Of a DNA stretch of 41,129 nt, positions 1 to 7,567 are shown piece after piece. This stretch comes from a virus (taxonomy: Duplodnaviria > Caudoviricetes). Under the pieces are notes generated by a model, which saw only the letters and a program-made list of their open reading frames with translations, made no database searches and had not been told where the DNA came from. The stretch is from the IMG/VR virus record IMGVR_UViG_3300028588_000043, positions 1 to 41,129 of that record. The stretch is one strand, 5' to 3'. The first letter of the stretch is position 1. Each line of letters begins with the position of its first letter. The position numbers and the translations under genes were made by a program.

Positions 1-184
1 GGATGCGTGCGGCTTTCTCGGCGTCCTCGAAGAACAGCTCGTAGAAGTCGCCCATCCGGTAGAAGACGAGCATCGTCGGGTAGTCCGCTTTGATGCCTAA
101 ATATTGCTGCATCATGGGAGTGTGCTTGCTTTTGCCGTTCTCGGTAAGGCGTTGATCTAACGGCATTTTTTCAGCTAAGTCCAT
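1..184 (-). CDS. mutS: DNA mismatch repair protein MutS, 5' part (continues off the left edge), with a phage-supplied N-terminus
   Basis: The minus strand from ATG 184 reads [61 protein letters not shown], the canonical MutS domain I motif. An alternative in-frame ATG is at 166. Bases 128-184 lie inside the prophage. Confidence 0.95.
   Translation of the reverse strand, partial: MDLAEKMPLDQRLTENGKSKHTPMMQQYLGIKADYPTMLVFYRMGDFYELFFEDAEKAARI
108..127. repeat. Left attachment-site core (20 bp)
   Basis: TGCATCATGGGAGTGTGCTT is identical to 41003-41022, the flanking bases differ, and it lies next to the integrase. Confidence 0.95.
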
Positions 185-264
185 GTTCTATAAGGATAAC
201 GTGTGGAAGTAATGCGCTTTTCGTTATAGTCGCTACACTCCACAACATGCCGCAACACTTCACA

Positions 265-359
265 TTTTAGCGTAGGTTTTTGCCTTCGCTCGTCGGGATG
301 TTACGCTACAATTCCCAGCTACCGATCCCGGCGTTGAAAAGCTACGCCGACGTTACGCC
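265..359. promoter_or_regulatory. Candidate integrase arm-type binding sites, left arm
   Basis: Repeated GCGTA-core motifs: TTTTAGCGTA 265-274, GTTACGCTA 300-308, AAAAGCTACGCCG 337-349, GTTACGCC 352-359. Matching copies occur at 40941-40961. Confidence 0.65.
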
Positions 360-369
360 ATGAGGGAAT

Positions 370-1668
370 ATGTCATTCGACGCCAAAGCCGCGAAGCTTC
401 TCCAGCCCGGCCAACACTTTACCATCTCCGACTGCCAGGGGCTCCGACTAGAAGCCACCGCTACCACACGATCGTGGACATATCGCTACAAGAGTCCGGT
501 CGACGGCAAGATGCGCCAGGTGAAGATAGGGACGTGGCCGGCGATGTCATTTCATGCGGCCGTCGTCGAGTGGGAAAAGCTGCGGGATGCTCGCGCAGCT
601 GGCCAGGATCCGTCGGACCAGAAGCGAGCTGCACGCCAGGCCGAGGCCGCGCAGCGTGAAGCGCGGCGGGTGGCTGCTGAAAAGCGGCTGACCATTCGTC
701 GTATTTGCGACCAGTACCTCGAGGAGCACGTCGACCTCAAGCGGCAGGCAAAGGGGGCGACCGAGGTCCGGCGCCTGTTCAATGTCCACCTGGGCGAGCT
801 TGCGGATCTCGATCCAGGCAACCTGACGCGTGCCCAGGCGTTCAACCTACTGCAGGGAATGATCGCTACGCCTGTCCTGGCTTCGAACCTACGCCGCGAG
901 CTAGGCGCGGCCTGGGATCACGCACTGGATGCCGGGCGGCTGGACGAGAACGTGCCGAACTGGTGGCGCCTGATCATGCGCGGCAAGTTGCGCAGCAAAG
1001 GGCGTATGCGAGAGGGGGAGCAGATTGGGACGGCAAAGCGCGTCCTCAGCGAGGCCGAGCTCGGCGTGTTAATCCGCTGGCTACCGAACTTTTCGAAGAT
1101 GATCGGCGACGTGCTGACGGTCTATCTGTGGACGCTCTTGCGTGGTAGTGAAATCACGTCCATGCATGCCAAGGACATTACCGAAGAGAAGGACGGGCTG
1201 TGGTGGACCATACCCAAGCCTGAAACCAAAAACCGGAACCGAGAGCGTGCCGAGGATCACCGTGTTCCCTTGGTTGGCAGGGCCGAGGTGGTTGTTCGCC
1301 GGCGTCTTGCCCTGGCCAACGGCGGTTACCTGTTTCCGTCATGGGGCAAGACACCGTATGTCGAACAGAAGGCCATCGGCGTGGGTGTATGGACTCACAT
1401 GCCATACAGTGGAACGAGGCCAGAATCGAAGCGTCCGCGGCTACCTGTTACCCATTGGGCTCCGCATGATCTGCGGCGCTCTTGCCGTACCTTGTTGGCC
1501 GGTATGGACTGTCCCGATGCGATAGGTGAGGCGCTGATTGGCCACCTGCCGCCAGAGTCGGGAAGTAATGTGTACAACCGCCACACTTATGATCGGCAGC
1601 GCCGGGATTGGTTGATGAAGCTGAGTGCGCGGTTGGAGGAGTTGGCTGCTTCAGCTGCTAGTGTTTGA
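370..1668 (+). CDS. int: Tyrosine integrase, P4-like, with N-terminal arm-DNA-binding domain
   Basis: 432 aa. N-terminal GLRL...SWTYRY...IGTWPAMS arm-binding pattern. Catalytic motifs LLRGSEI, HDLRR, IGHL and VYNRH. Confidence 0.95.
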   Translation: MSFDAKAAKLLQPGQHFTISDCQGLRLEATATTRSWTYRYKSPVDGKMRQVKIGTWPAMSFHAAVVEWEKLRDARAAGQDPSDQKRAARQAEAAQREARRVAAEKRLTIRRICDQYLEEHVDLKRQAKGATEVRRLFNVHLGELADLDPGNLTRAQAFNLLQGMIATPVLASNLRRELGAAWDHALDAGRLDENVPNWWRLIMRGKLRSKGRMREGEQIGTAKRVLSEAELGVLIRWLPNFSKMIGDVLTVYLWTLLRGSEITSMHAKDITEEKDGLWWTIPKPETKNRNRERAEDHRVPLVGRAEVVVRRRLALANGGYLFPSWGKTPYVEQKAIGVGVWTHMPYSGTRPESKRPRLPVTHWAPHDLRRSCRTLLAGMDCPDAIGEALIGHLPPESGSNVYNRHTYDRQRRDWLMKLSARLEELAASAASV

Positions 1669-1712
1669 GATGATTTCAGTAATGTGGTTTCCAAACGTTG
1701 GAGTATTGGAAT

Positions 1713-2819
1713 ATGGATTCATTACCTAATGTCGAATTTTGCATTAACGACGGTGTCGCTGATCATCTTTATATACCTGGGTATGATCTTAAAGAGCAAT
1801 GTCGCAATGCGATTAGATATCTAGATTGCCGCAATGGTAGTCGCTGTTTTCATGAGAAGCATCTTCGAATCCTTGCTGAACGTAGTGCAGATTTGTTGAC
1901 TCTATGTCATGAGTGGATTACTCAAATGATTGAAGGTCATAATCACGAAATACGACTTAATTTCACTGATGGCACACGCTGTGCTGCAAGGGCGCAAAGA
2001 GACCCACTTTCAGGTTCTGATAAAAAATATAGTGCTATCGATATTAATCTCGGCAGCATCCCAGTCTTGTTCGGTTGTGCAAATAGGATAAAGCTCATAA
2101 TAGAGGATGATTTATCAGCATCTGGCTTTGTCGTTCAACATCTGAAAAATTGGTGTCCCGACTCTGATCCTGTAGGAGTGCTCGCTTTCGATATGGATGA
2201 GCCGTTTGATTCCGATTATGAGATAGTCCTCGATGCGATTCAGCTAATGTACTTCCATGAGGTGTCCCATCTGTTATTAGGTCATCTATATTTCCCTGTA
2301 TTTGGGCAGCCATCTCATGTTGATTTCTACCGTTATTGGCGTACCGCTGAGAGTGAGGCTGACTGCAGGGCAGGTTGGCTGTTTATGGCGTTCCATTCGG
2401 GCAGGTTTGGATCTGACAAATTATTGGTTCATAGCAGCAGTGCTAAGTCTATTGTTCGACGTCTCATGCTGGCTGGCATGTCAAATTATCTTTCTATTCA
2501 ACTCCTGTACGAGTCGAAGCCAGAAGCGCAGCGATATTACCTTCCACCTACCCGGCTGCTGCACGTTGTAGCTGGGGCAAACTGGGCAAGAACTCAAATG
2601 GGGGTGGGGTTGACTGACTCATCGATCATGGAGCTTTTGACACGTTATCAAATAGCTACCGAATTTGCTTTCTCTGATCTTTTGCCGAATTGGATATCGA
2701 CGGGTTCGGATGAAGCAAACGAGGACTTGCGAAAACACTTAGCCGAAAACCCTTCCTTGATGACAGATGTGATGTCAGCGACATTAAAACATCGGAAGTT
2801 TAAATGGACATTCAGTTAG
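1713..2819 (+). CDS. Putative HExxH zinc metallopeptidase, Lit/peptidase U49-like (moron)
   Basis: Visibly AT-richer than the phage core. FHEVSHLLLGH (HEVSH at 2256-2270) is followed by ESEADCRA. ATG 1713 has a GGAG at 1700-1703; the ORF track starts at TTG 1698. Confidence 0.6.
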   Translation: MDSLPNVEFCINDGVADHLYIPGYDLKEQCRNAIRYLDCRNGSRCFHEKHLRILAERSADLLTLCHEWITQMIEGHNHEIRLNFTDGTRCAARAQRDPLSGSDKKYSAIDINLGSIPVLFGCANRIKLIIEDDLSASGFVVQHLKNWCPDSDPVGVLAFDMDEPFDSDYEIVLDAIQLMYFHEVSHLLLGHLYFPVFGQPSHVDFYRYWRTAESEADCRAGWLFMAFHSGRFGSDKLLVHSSSAKSIVRRLMLAGMSNYLSIQLLYESKPEAQRYYLPPTRLLHVVAGANWARTQMGVGLTDSSIMELLTRYQIATEFAFSDLLPNWISTGSDEANEDLRKHLAENPSLMTDVMSATLKHRKFKWTFS

Positions 2820-2827
2820 CATGGATT

Positions 2828-3094
2828 TTATTTCTCTACGGAATCGCTAGGTAATTGGCGCCGGTTCGCATGTCCTGTATTTGCAGGTGGCGGGAGATCG
2901 GAGACCGGGCGTTGCTCAGCCCATTCCTCAAGCTCACGGACAAGCCACGCCACACGTCGACCTGACAGTTGCCGAGGCTTGGGGAAGGCGCCTTCCCTCA
3001 CCAGACGTTGTACAGTGGTGGCGGCCAGGGCGACAGCGCCGGCGACAGCCTCAAGTTCAAGATAGAGCGGTTTCACTGTTTTCTCTTTTCGCAC
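2828..3094 (-). CDS. AlpA-family excisionase / transcriptional regulator
   Basis: TVQRLVREGAFPKPRQLSGRRVAWLVRELEEW is the AlpA signature. It is the last gene of the early leftward operon. A GTG start at 3076 is possible. Confidence 0.85.
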   Translation of the reverse strand: MRKEKTVKPLYLELEAVAGAVALAATTVQRLVREGAFPKPRQLSGRRVAWLVRELEEWAEQRPVSDLPPPANTGHANRRQLPSDSVEK

Positions 3095-3374
3095 GGCGTT
3101 TGCCTGATCGTTTTCTCAGCAGTCTGTCGCGGACGATGCGATCGACCGCTTCACCCAGCGTCATATCCTTGAACTGGATGAATTTCCTCAGCGCGGTCTC
3201 AACCTCTTGGGAAACCACACAGGCTGGAAGCCGCGCCTTGCCGTCTGCTTTCAATTTTGTGAGGCGCCGTGCTTGTCTAGCTGACGCGCTTAATGCATTG
3301 CCGGTGGGCGGTCTGCCGCGCCTTTTCGCTGTTTCTAGTAATTCAGCTGCTTTGGTATCGGGCTGCATGGTCAT
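3057..3374 (-). CDS. Small basic putative DNA-binding protein
   Basis: 105 aa with RRGRPPTGNALSASARQARR and a C-terminal ribbon-helix-helix-like pattern. AGGA RBS upstream. Confidence 0.6.
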   Translation of the reverse strand: MTMQPDTKAAELLETAKRRGRPPTGNALSASARQARRLTKLKADGKARLPACVVSQEVETALRKFIQFKDMTLGEAVDRIVRDRLLRKRSGKRRAKRENSETALS

Positions 3375-3387
3375 TAATCCTGTTAGA

Positions 3388-3413
3388 AATTAACGTGAGA
3401 AATCACGGTAATT
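3388..3413. promoter_or_regulatory. 26-bp near-perfect palindrome, candidate operator
   Basis: AATTA-A-CGTGA-GAAA-TCACG-G-TAATT in the short AT-rich gap upstream of 3057..3374. Confidence 0.55.
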
Positions 3414-3422
3414 CCATGGTCC

Positions 3423-4142
3423 TTATCTCTGCTTTTCCTCGGGCGCACTGTTGCCCTCGACTTGCAAGATGACGCGGAAGCCGATGCCGATCTTGCCTGG
3501 TGTAGGGTGCGGCTGGTACCAGCACAGGTACCAGAAGGTTGCGCCATCATCACCCTCGCCCTCACGCTTCCAGCACTTGCCGTCATAGGTTCCAGACGGG
3601 TAGCTGCTCGAATACTCGGCCAGGCCGGCCACCTGGCGCGGCGTCAGCAGCACATGGGTTTCGTCCATCGGCGCTTGCCGGATGTCGGCAGGCTGGCGCC
3701 AGTGGTGGCCCAGTGGATCCGTCATTGCTGGGATTGCGTTGTACAGCTTCAGCGGCAGAGGAGCCTGAGCAGTTCCTCCAACTGTTGCTGCACCTAATTT
3801 GGCGTTGCAGTCCTGGCAGATCGGAAGTCCATCGTCGTTCGACACCATTGCAATCGGCCCAGTCCAAGCACATCGCGTGCATTTATAGTCCTGATCGCTG
3901 TTCGCAGCGGAACCAGCCGACAGCTTCGCTTCGAGTTCTTTTATGTGCCCCATCAGATTGGCGATCACTCGTTCGGCGTTCGGGGCATCGGCATCATTAA
4001 CAGGAGCTGTGCTTCCGCTGCCCTTGCACTCAAAGCAGGGCAGCAGCTGCAAGCCGAGCGTGCCGTATCCGTCGCACTCGGCGCACTTCACGCCGTCCTG
4101 GGCGACGATCGGAGAGCTGTCGTTCCGGTTGGTTTGGTTCAT
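3423..4142 (-). CDS. Mosaic phage protein with zinc-finger motifs
   Basis: Start re-assigned to ATG 4142 (MNQTNRN, GAGGAG RBS), giving 239 aa. Two CxxCxGxG repeats (CAECDGYG, CFECKGSG) plus CTRC...CQDC. Confidence 0.7.
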   Translation of the reverse strand: MNQTNRNDSSPIVAQDGVKCAECDGYGTLGLQLLPCFECKGSGSTAPVNDADAPNAERVIANLMGHIKELEAKLSAGSAANSDQDYKCTRCAWTGPIAMVSNDDGLPICQDCNAKLGAATVGGTAQAPLPLKLYNAIPAMTDPLGHHWRQPADIRQAPMDETHVLLTPRQVAGLAEYSSSYPSGTYDGKCWKREGEGDDGATFWYLCWYQPHPTPGKIGIGFRVILQVEGNSAPEEKQR

Positions 4143-4146
4143 GGTC

Positions 4147-4440
4147 TTACTCCTCATCTTGTTCGTCGTTGTCCCGGCCGTGAAGATCGGCGAGGTCCTT
4201 GTCCATGCAGGGAATGCAGATGTAGTACCGGCCCCAGTAATCGCCGTCGACGAGGGCTTTCTCGTACCGCGCGTACTCGCCTGGCTGGACTTTGTGCTTG
4301 TCACCGTTCTCGCCCCACAGGCAGTTGTGCGGTTTGCGGACCTTGACCAGCTTGACTGTCCTGCAGGTGATGTCGGCTTCCTCACCGAAGAACGGATCGT
4401 GTCCGATGTATGTCTCGACGGGGTAGCGAAGGTCAGCCAT
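4147..4440 (-). CDS. Hypothetical phage protein
   Basis: 97 aa, tightly packed in the early operon. VKVRKPHNC...CIPC suggests metal binding. Confidence 0.7.
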   Translation of the reverse strand: MADLRYPVETYIGHDPFFGEEADITCRTVKLVKVRKPHNCLWGENGDKHKVQPGEYARYEKALVDGDYWGRYYICIPCMDKDLADLHGRDNDEQDEE

Positions 4441-4693
4441 TACAGCCCTCGCTGGGTGGGTCGCGCTTAATCTGGATCTCGCGGCTGTCGATACTTCCGG
4501 TGATCCCCATGAGGTACACGTCCATGCCCACGCGCCCGCCGTCTTGGAACAGGGTCAGGCTGTTGATGAATTGGTGGAGGCCGCGGTACAGCACCGGCCT
4601 GCAGTAGTGCGCCGACTTCAGGAGGAGCAACTGGTGTTTGTAGTTTTCTGGATCGAGCGGCTCGTCCTGAGTGTTGGAGGCAGAGGCAGTCAT
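4433..4693 (-). CDS. Hypothetical phage protein
   Basis: Start at ATG 4693 (MTASASN), which overlaps the upstream stop (ATGA). 86 aa. Confidence 0.6.
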   Translation of the reverse strand: MTASASNTQDEPLDPENYKHQLLLLKSAHYCRPVLYRGLHQFINSLTLFQDGGRVGMDVYLMGITGSIDSREIQIKRDPPSEGCNG

Positions 4694-4887
4694 GCTGCTT
4701 CCTTGTTCATGTCCGCAGCGGCAGTGCGCACGCACTTCGCGCACACGCCGTACTGGTTCAGCTGTTTCGCGGTGATGACTGCACCGCACGCGTAGCGTTT
4801 CCTGCGTAGCGTGACCGGCGCCGAGCTGGCGGCCGTGGTCGCGCGGTAGAATTCGGCGTTAGCTGGATTGGCAAACCCCATTTTCAT
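4690..4887 (-). CDS. Hypothetical small Cys-containing phage protein
   Basis: Start at ATG 4887 (MKMGFANP), ATGA-coupled to the upstream gene. 65 aa with ACG...CAKC. Confidence 0.6.
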   Translation of the reverse strand: MKMGFANPANAEFYRATTAASSAPVTLRRKRYACGAVITAKQLNQYGVCAKCVRTAAADMNKEAA

Positions 4888-5105
4888 TTCTTGGCTTTCG
4901 ATTGATTGATGATCGGCTGGTAGCAGCGCTTGTACAGCCGGCGGTAGTCTTCCCGTGCGATCTTCTGCAGCAGCACCTGGTGCAGCGCACGGTCCTTCGG
5001 GGTGTCGCCTCGCGGCTTGTTGCACGTGAAGCCGCGGTCGACGGGATCGACGGCGTGCAGCCATTCCAGGTAGCGGCATGTGTAGCAGTTACGTTTTTCC
5101 GGCAT
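4884..5105 (-). CDS. Hypothetical phage protein
   Basis: Start at ATG 5105 (MPEKRNCYTCRYL). 73 aa, fits operon packing. Confidence 0.55.
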   Translation of the reverse strand: MPEKRNCYTCRYLEWLHAVDPVDRGFTCNKPRGDTPKDRALHQVLLQKIAREDYRRLYKRCYQPIINQSKAKK

Positions 5106-5325
5106 GGCCGTCTCGATCTGGTACTGCTGGCATGTGTGCCCAGTGGCGAACATCCTCTGGTGCGATCGGAAAGCCGGAGCAATCCCGCCAGTTATCGCCG
5201 TCGAAATGCCCCTGGAAGGGTTCGCCGGCTACATCCATCAGGACGGTAATGTCCGAGTCCGGCAGCTTACTTTGAGTCGGGAACCACTCGATGGTGATCA
5301 GGATTGGGATTGGAGTAACGTCCAC
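5089..5325 (-). CDS. DUF551-like phage protein
   Basis: 78 aa with the W...LPDSDITVL...GHFDGDNW...VRHWAHMPAVP pattern. Confidence 0.65.
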   Translation of the reverse strand: MDVTPIPILITIEWFPTQSKLPDSDITVLMDVAGEPFQGHFDGDNWRDCSGFPIAPEDVRHWAHMPAVPDRDGHAGKT

Positions 5326-5327
5326 TT

Positions 5328-5516
5328 TTAATCCTTGTCGTTGGCCTGCAGCTTCTTCACATCGACCAGGTTCCGGCGCCGCATCAGCCGGCGGGCCACA
5401 GCCTCTAGAACGATCTTGAGGCTGGGGTTCATGAGCATTTCGTCGAGCGGCTGCGGCGTATCGAGCCAGCGATGTGCGGCCTCGAGCTCGGCCCTGCCGA
5501 TTGCAACGCGGTCCAT
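5328..5516 (-). CDS. Hypothetical phage protein
   Basis: 62 aa ending DVKKLQANDKD, packed in the operon. Confidence 0.65.
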   Translation of the reverse strand: MDRVAIGRAELEAAHRWLDTPQPLDEMLMNPSLKIVLEAVARRLMRRRNLVDVKKLQANDKD

Positions 5517-5517
5517 G

Positions 5518-5610
5518 TCAGTTCACCAGCAGCTGGTAGGCCTGGCGGATGGCGTGCTTGCGTGGGTAGCCGGCCGACCGGTAGTAGCGGTAGATAGCGA
5601 TGAAGCGCAT
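5518..5610 (-). CDS. 30-aa small protein (not in the ORF track)
   Basis: MRFIAIYRYYRSAGYPRKHAIRQAYQLLVN with a GGAG RBS. It fills the gap exactly, with TGA-C-ATG junctions at both ends. Confidence 0.65.
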   Translation of the reverse strand: MRFIAIYRYYRSAGYPRKHAIRQAYQLLVN

Positions 5611-5611
5611 G

Positions 5612-5830
5612 TCAGGCTCCGTCTGCAGGAGAGTGCATAGAATTGGCGCCGCCCAGGACCTTGCCGAGTGCAGCCGCCATGGCCGCCTCGTCGTGGGCAG
5701 CTAGCTCGCCGCACAGTTGGGCCACAAAGGCGCGGGCGCGGAAATTCGTGTCGGTCGCCTTGGGCACCTCTGCGACCGCCCAGTCGGCAGCCGAGATCAG
5801 CACAGAACGAATGCTTTTAGCAGTCGCCAT
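5612..5830 (-). CDS. Hypothetical phage protein
   Basis: 72 aa with a GAGG RBS, packed in the operon. Confidence 0.6.
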   Translation of the reverse strand: MATAKSIRSVLISAADWAVAEVPKATDTNFRARAFVAQLCGELAAHDEAAMAAALGKVLGGANSMHSPADGA

Positions 5831-6092
5831 GGGTAGCCTCGCTCTCTAGGTGCGCGCGCCAGATTGCGTTGCCTTCGTCGCTCCCGGAGAAGAACGCGTC
5901 TGCCTCCGCGGTACCGAGTTTGTACCGGCATTTGAAGCGGAAGCCCATGGTCCGGCAGTTGAGGATTTCGCGCACGCCAAGCTTGTAAGCGTCACTGCGC
6001 GGATCGCGTGGCTTGTTGAACGCGGCAATCATCAGTTTCTCTACAAGTCGGAAGGCCTCGGCGGTCGACATCAGTTTCTCAGCGGTTGCCAT
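5817..6092 (-). CDS. Hypothetical phage protein
   Basis: Start at ATG 6092 (MATAEKL) with GGAGGT RBS and TGATG overlap. 91 aa containing PRDPRSDAYKLGV...YKLGTAEADAFFSG. Confidence 0.7.
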   Translation of the reverse strand: MATAEKLMSTAEAFRLVEKLMIAAFNKPRDPRSDAYKLGVREILNCRTMGFRFKCRYKLGTAEADAFFSGSDEGNAIWRAHLESEATHGDC

Positions 6093-6340
6093 CACCACCT
6101 CCGGATCTGGTTGCGACGGCCGACCAGACGGACCGCGCGCTCGCGCATGTTGCGTTCCATGCCGACCAGGTCGCCGCGAAGGCGCATGTAGTGTTCCGCT
6201 TGGGCTTCTGCCTCGGCCAGCTGGAGGTCCGCCAGCCACAGCGCGGCCGGCTTGGCGAGCTTGCGGACTACAAGACTTGTGATGCGGCTGACCGTATTCT
6301 TCTTTGCGGTGTTGATAGTGGAGGTAGAGGTGCGGATCAT
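6092..6340 (-). CDS. First gene of the early leftward operon, hypothetical
   Basis: ATG 6340 preceded by TAGGAG. 82 aa. Confidence 0.65.
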   Translation of the reverse strand: MIRTSTSTINTAKKNTVSRITSLVVRKLAKPAALWLADLQLAEAEAQAEHYMRLRGDLVGMERNMRERAVRLVGRRNQIRRW

Positions 6341-6372
6341 CGTGTGGCTCCTAAGGAATGTCACGATGGAAT

Positions 6373-6413
6373 ATTATGGGGAAACCGATAAATCAGTCAA
6401 CCGGAATTCCCAT
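6373..6413 (-). promoter_or_regulatory. PL-like sigma70 promoter with two operator sites
   Basis: Minus-strand TTGACT (6400-6395), 16 bp, CATAAT (6378-6373). 14-bp sites ATGGGGAAACCGAT 6376-6389 and ACCGGAATTCCCAT 6400-6413. Confidence 0.75.
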
Positions 6414-6430
6414 ATTTCTGAGTCAGTCAC

Positions 6431-6454
6431 AAAAAAACCGCATGGCTGCGGTTT
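6431..6454 (-). terminator. Intrinsic terminator of the cI operon
   Basis: Minus strand AAACCGCA-GCCA-TGCGG followed by T7. Confidence 0.75.
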
Positions 6455-6481
6455 AATTTGCGGGTAAGTCACCGTACCAAG

Positions 6482-6772
6482 TTAGAACGGAGGTTCGCTC
6501 TGGTACGTGTAGGAAGGTTTTTTGAGATCGATTTCGAAGAGCTTTAGCGCATGCTCTCGCCGGATCCGTTTGGCGAACTCATGAGTTTGGTAAGGTGCAT
6601 ATCCTCGCCCGTCGTTGGAATACAACATCAGCGGATAGGTAGTAAGGTGACGTAAGGACTGCCATATTTTGGCGAGCAGTGCGTCATCGCCGGCATCGAT
6701 ATGCAATGCATCCACAAACGCAACCGAGATACGCGCGCCCATTAGTTCGAACAGGCCTACCTCGACCTTCAT
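6482..6772 (-). CDS. Hypothetical protein co-transcribed with cI
   Basis: 96 aa, ATGA overlap with the cI stop, AT-richer codons, followed by a terminator. Confidence 0.7.
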   Translation of the reverse strand: MKVEVGLFELMGARISVAFVDALHIDAGDDALLAKIWQSLRHLTTYPLMLYSNDGRGYAPYQTHEFAKRIRREHALKLFEIDLKKPSYTYQSEPPF

Positions 6773-7494
6773 AGACGACCCGTGAGTTCTCGACCAGGTT
6801 GATACACAACCCGTCCAACAATTTCACATTGTCCGCTGCGCACGTTCACCGGACCGTGGTCCGGGTGGAACGACCGCAGGAACCAGTCTTTTCCGTTCTT
6901 CCACAGTTGCTTGATGCAGGCCTCTCCATTGAAGTTCACGGCGAACAGTTCACGGTCGACCGGCTTCTTGTCGGCGGTATTGATCACGACCACATCGTCC
7001 TCGAAGAACATGGGCTCCATGCTGCAGCCCCGCACAGGAATCGCCAGCAGCTGGTGCGGTACGTAATTGTTCCGTTCGATGACACGGCGCGGCATGTTCA
7101 GTACGCCGCCGTCCTCCATCTGAGGCTCGGTTTCATACCCGGCGATGCCAGCGCGGAGTTTCAACTTCACACGACGAATGGGAATCGTATCGGGCTCTTC
7201 GCCGGCTCTGACCTGCATCGAACCGATTACAAATGGGTTCTCGTCCTCTTCCGTATCTTCAATCGGTGGCGGCGCCTGAACGGCAGATGGCTGCATTGAA
7301 CCTTTACCCGTCTCAAGCCATAGCGCACTCACGCCCAGTGCCGCAGCCAGCGAGGCGAGGTACGTCGTGCCTTGGGACTTTCCGACCTCAAGGTCCGAGA
7401 TTGTGCTTTGTTTCAGGGTTGAGCGAGCAGCAAGCTCCATCTGCGTGAGCTTGGCTGCTTTGCGTGCCTGCTTTAATCGGTTTCCTATCGACAT
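6769..7494 (-). CDS. cI: CI-like repressor (XRE HTH plus S24 autopeptidase)
   Basis: Start at ATG 7494 (MSIGNRLKQARK...QSTISDLEVGK). Ala-Gly cleavage site in LRAGIAG, catalytic Ser in GCSMEP and Lys in CIKQL. 241 aa. Confidence 0.92.
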   Translation of the reverse strand: MSIGNRLKQARKAAKLTQMELAARSTLKQSTISDLEVGKSQGTTYLASLAAALGVSALWLETGKGSMQPSAVQAPPPIEDTEEDENPFVIGSMQVRAGEEPDTIPIRRVKLKLRAGIAGYETEPQMEDGGVLNMPRRVIERNNYVPHQLLAIPVRGCSMEPMFFEDDVVVINTADKKPVDRELFAVNFNGEACIKQLWKNGKDWFLRSFHPDHGPVNVRSGQCEIVGRVVYQPGRELTGRL

Positions 7495-7518
7495 ACCGAT
7501 ATTATTCCCCACGGCACG

Positions 7519-7560
7519 ACCGGAATACCGGTTGACTTCTGATACCGGAGTTCCCATAAT
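7519..7560 (+). promoter_or_regulatory. PR-like promoter with two operator sites
   Basis: TTGACT (7532-7537), 17 bp, CATAAT (7555-7560). ACCGGAATACCGGT 7519-7532 and ACCGGAGTTCCCAT 7544-7557; the latter is 13/14 identical to 6400-6413. Confidence 0.8.
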
Positions 7561-7567
7561 ATGGCTC

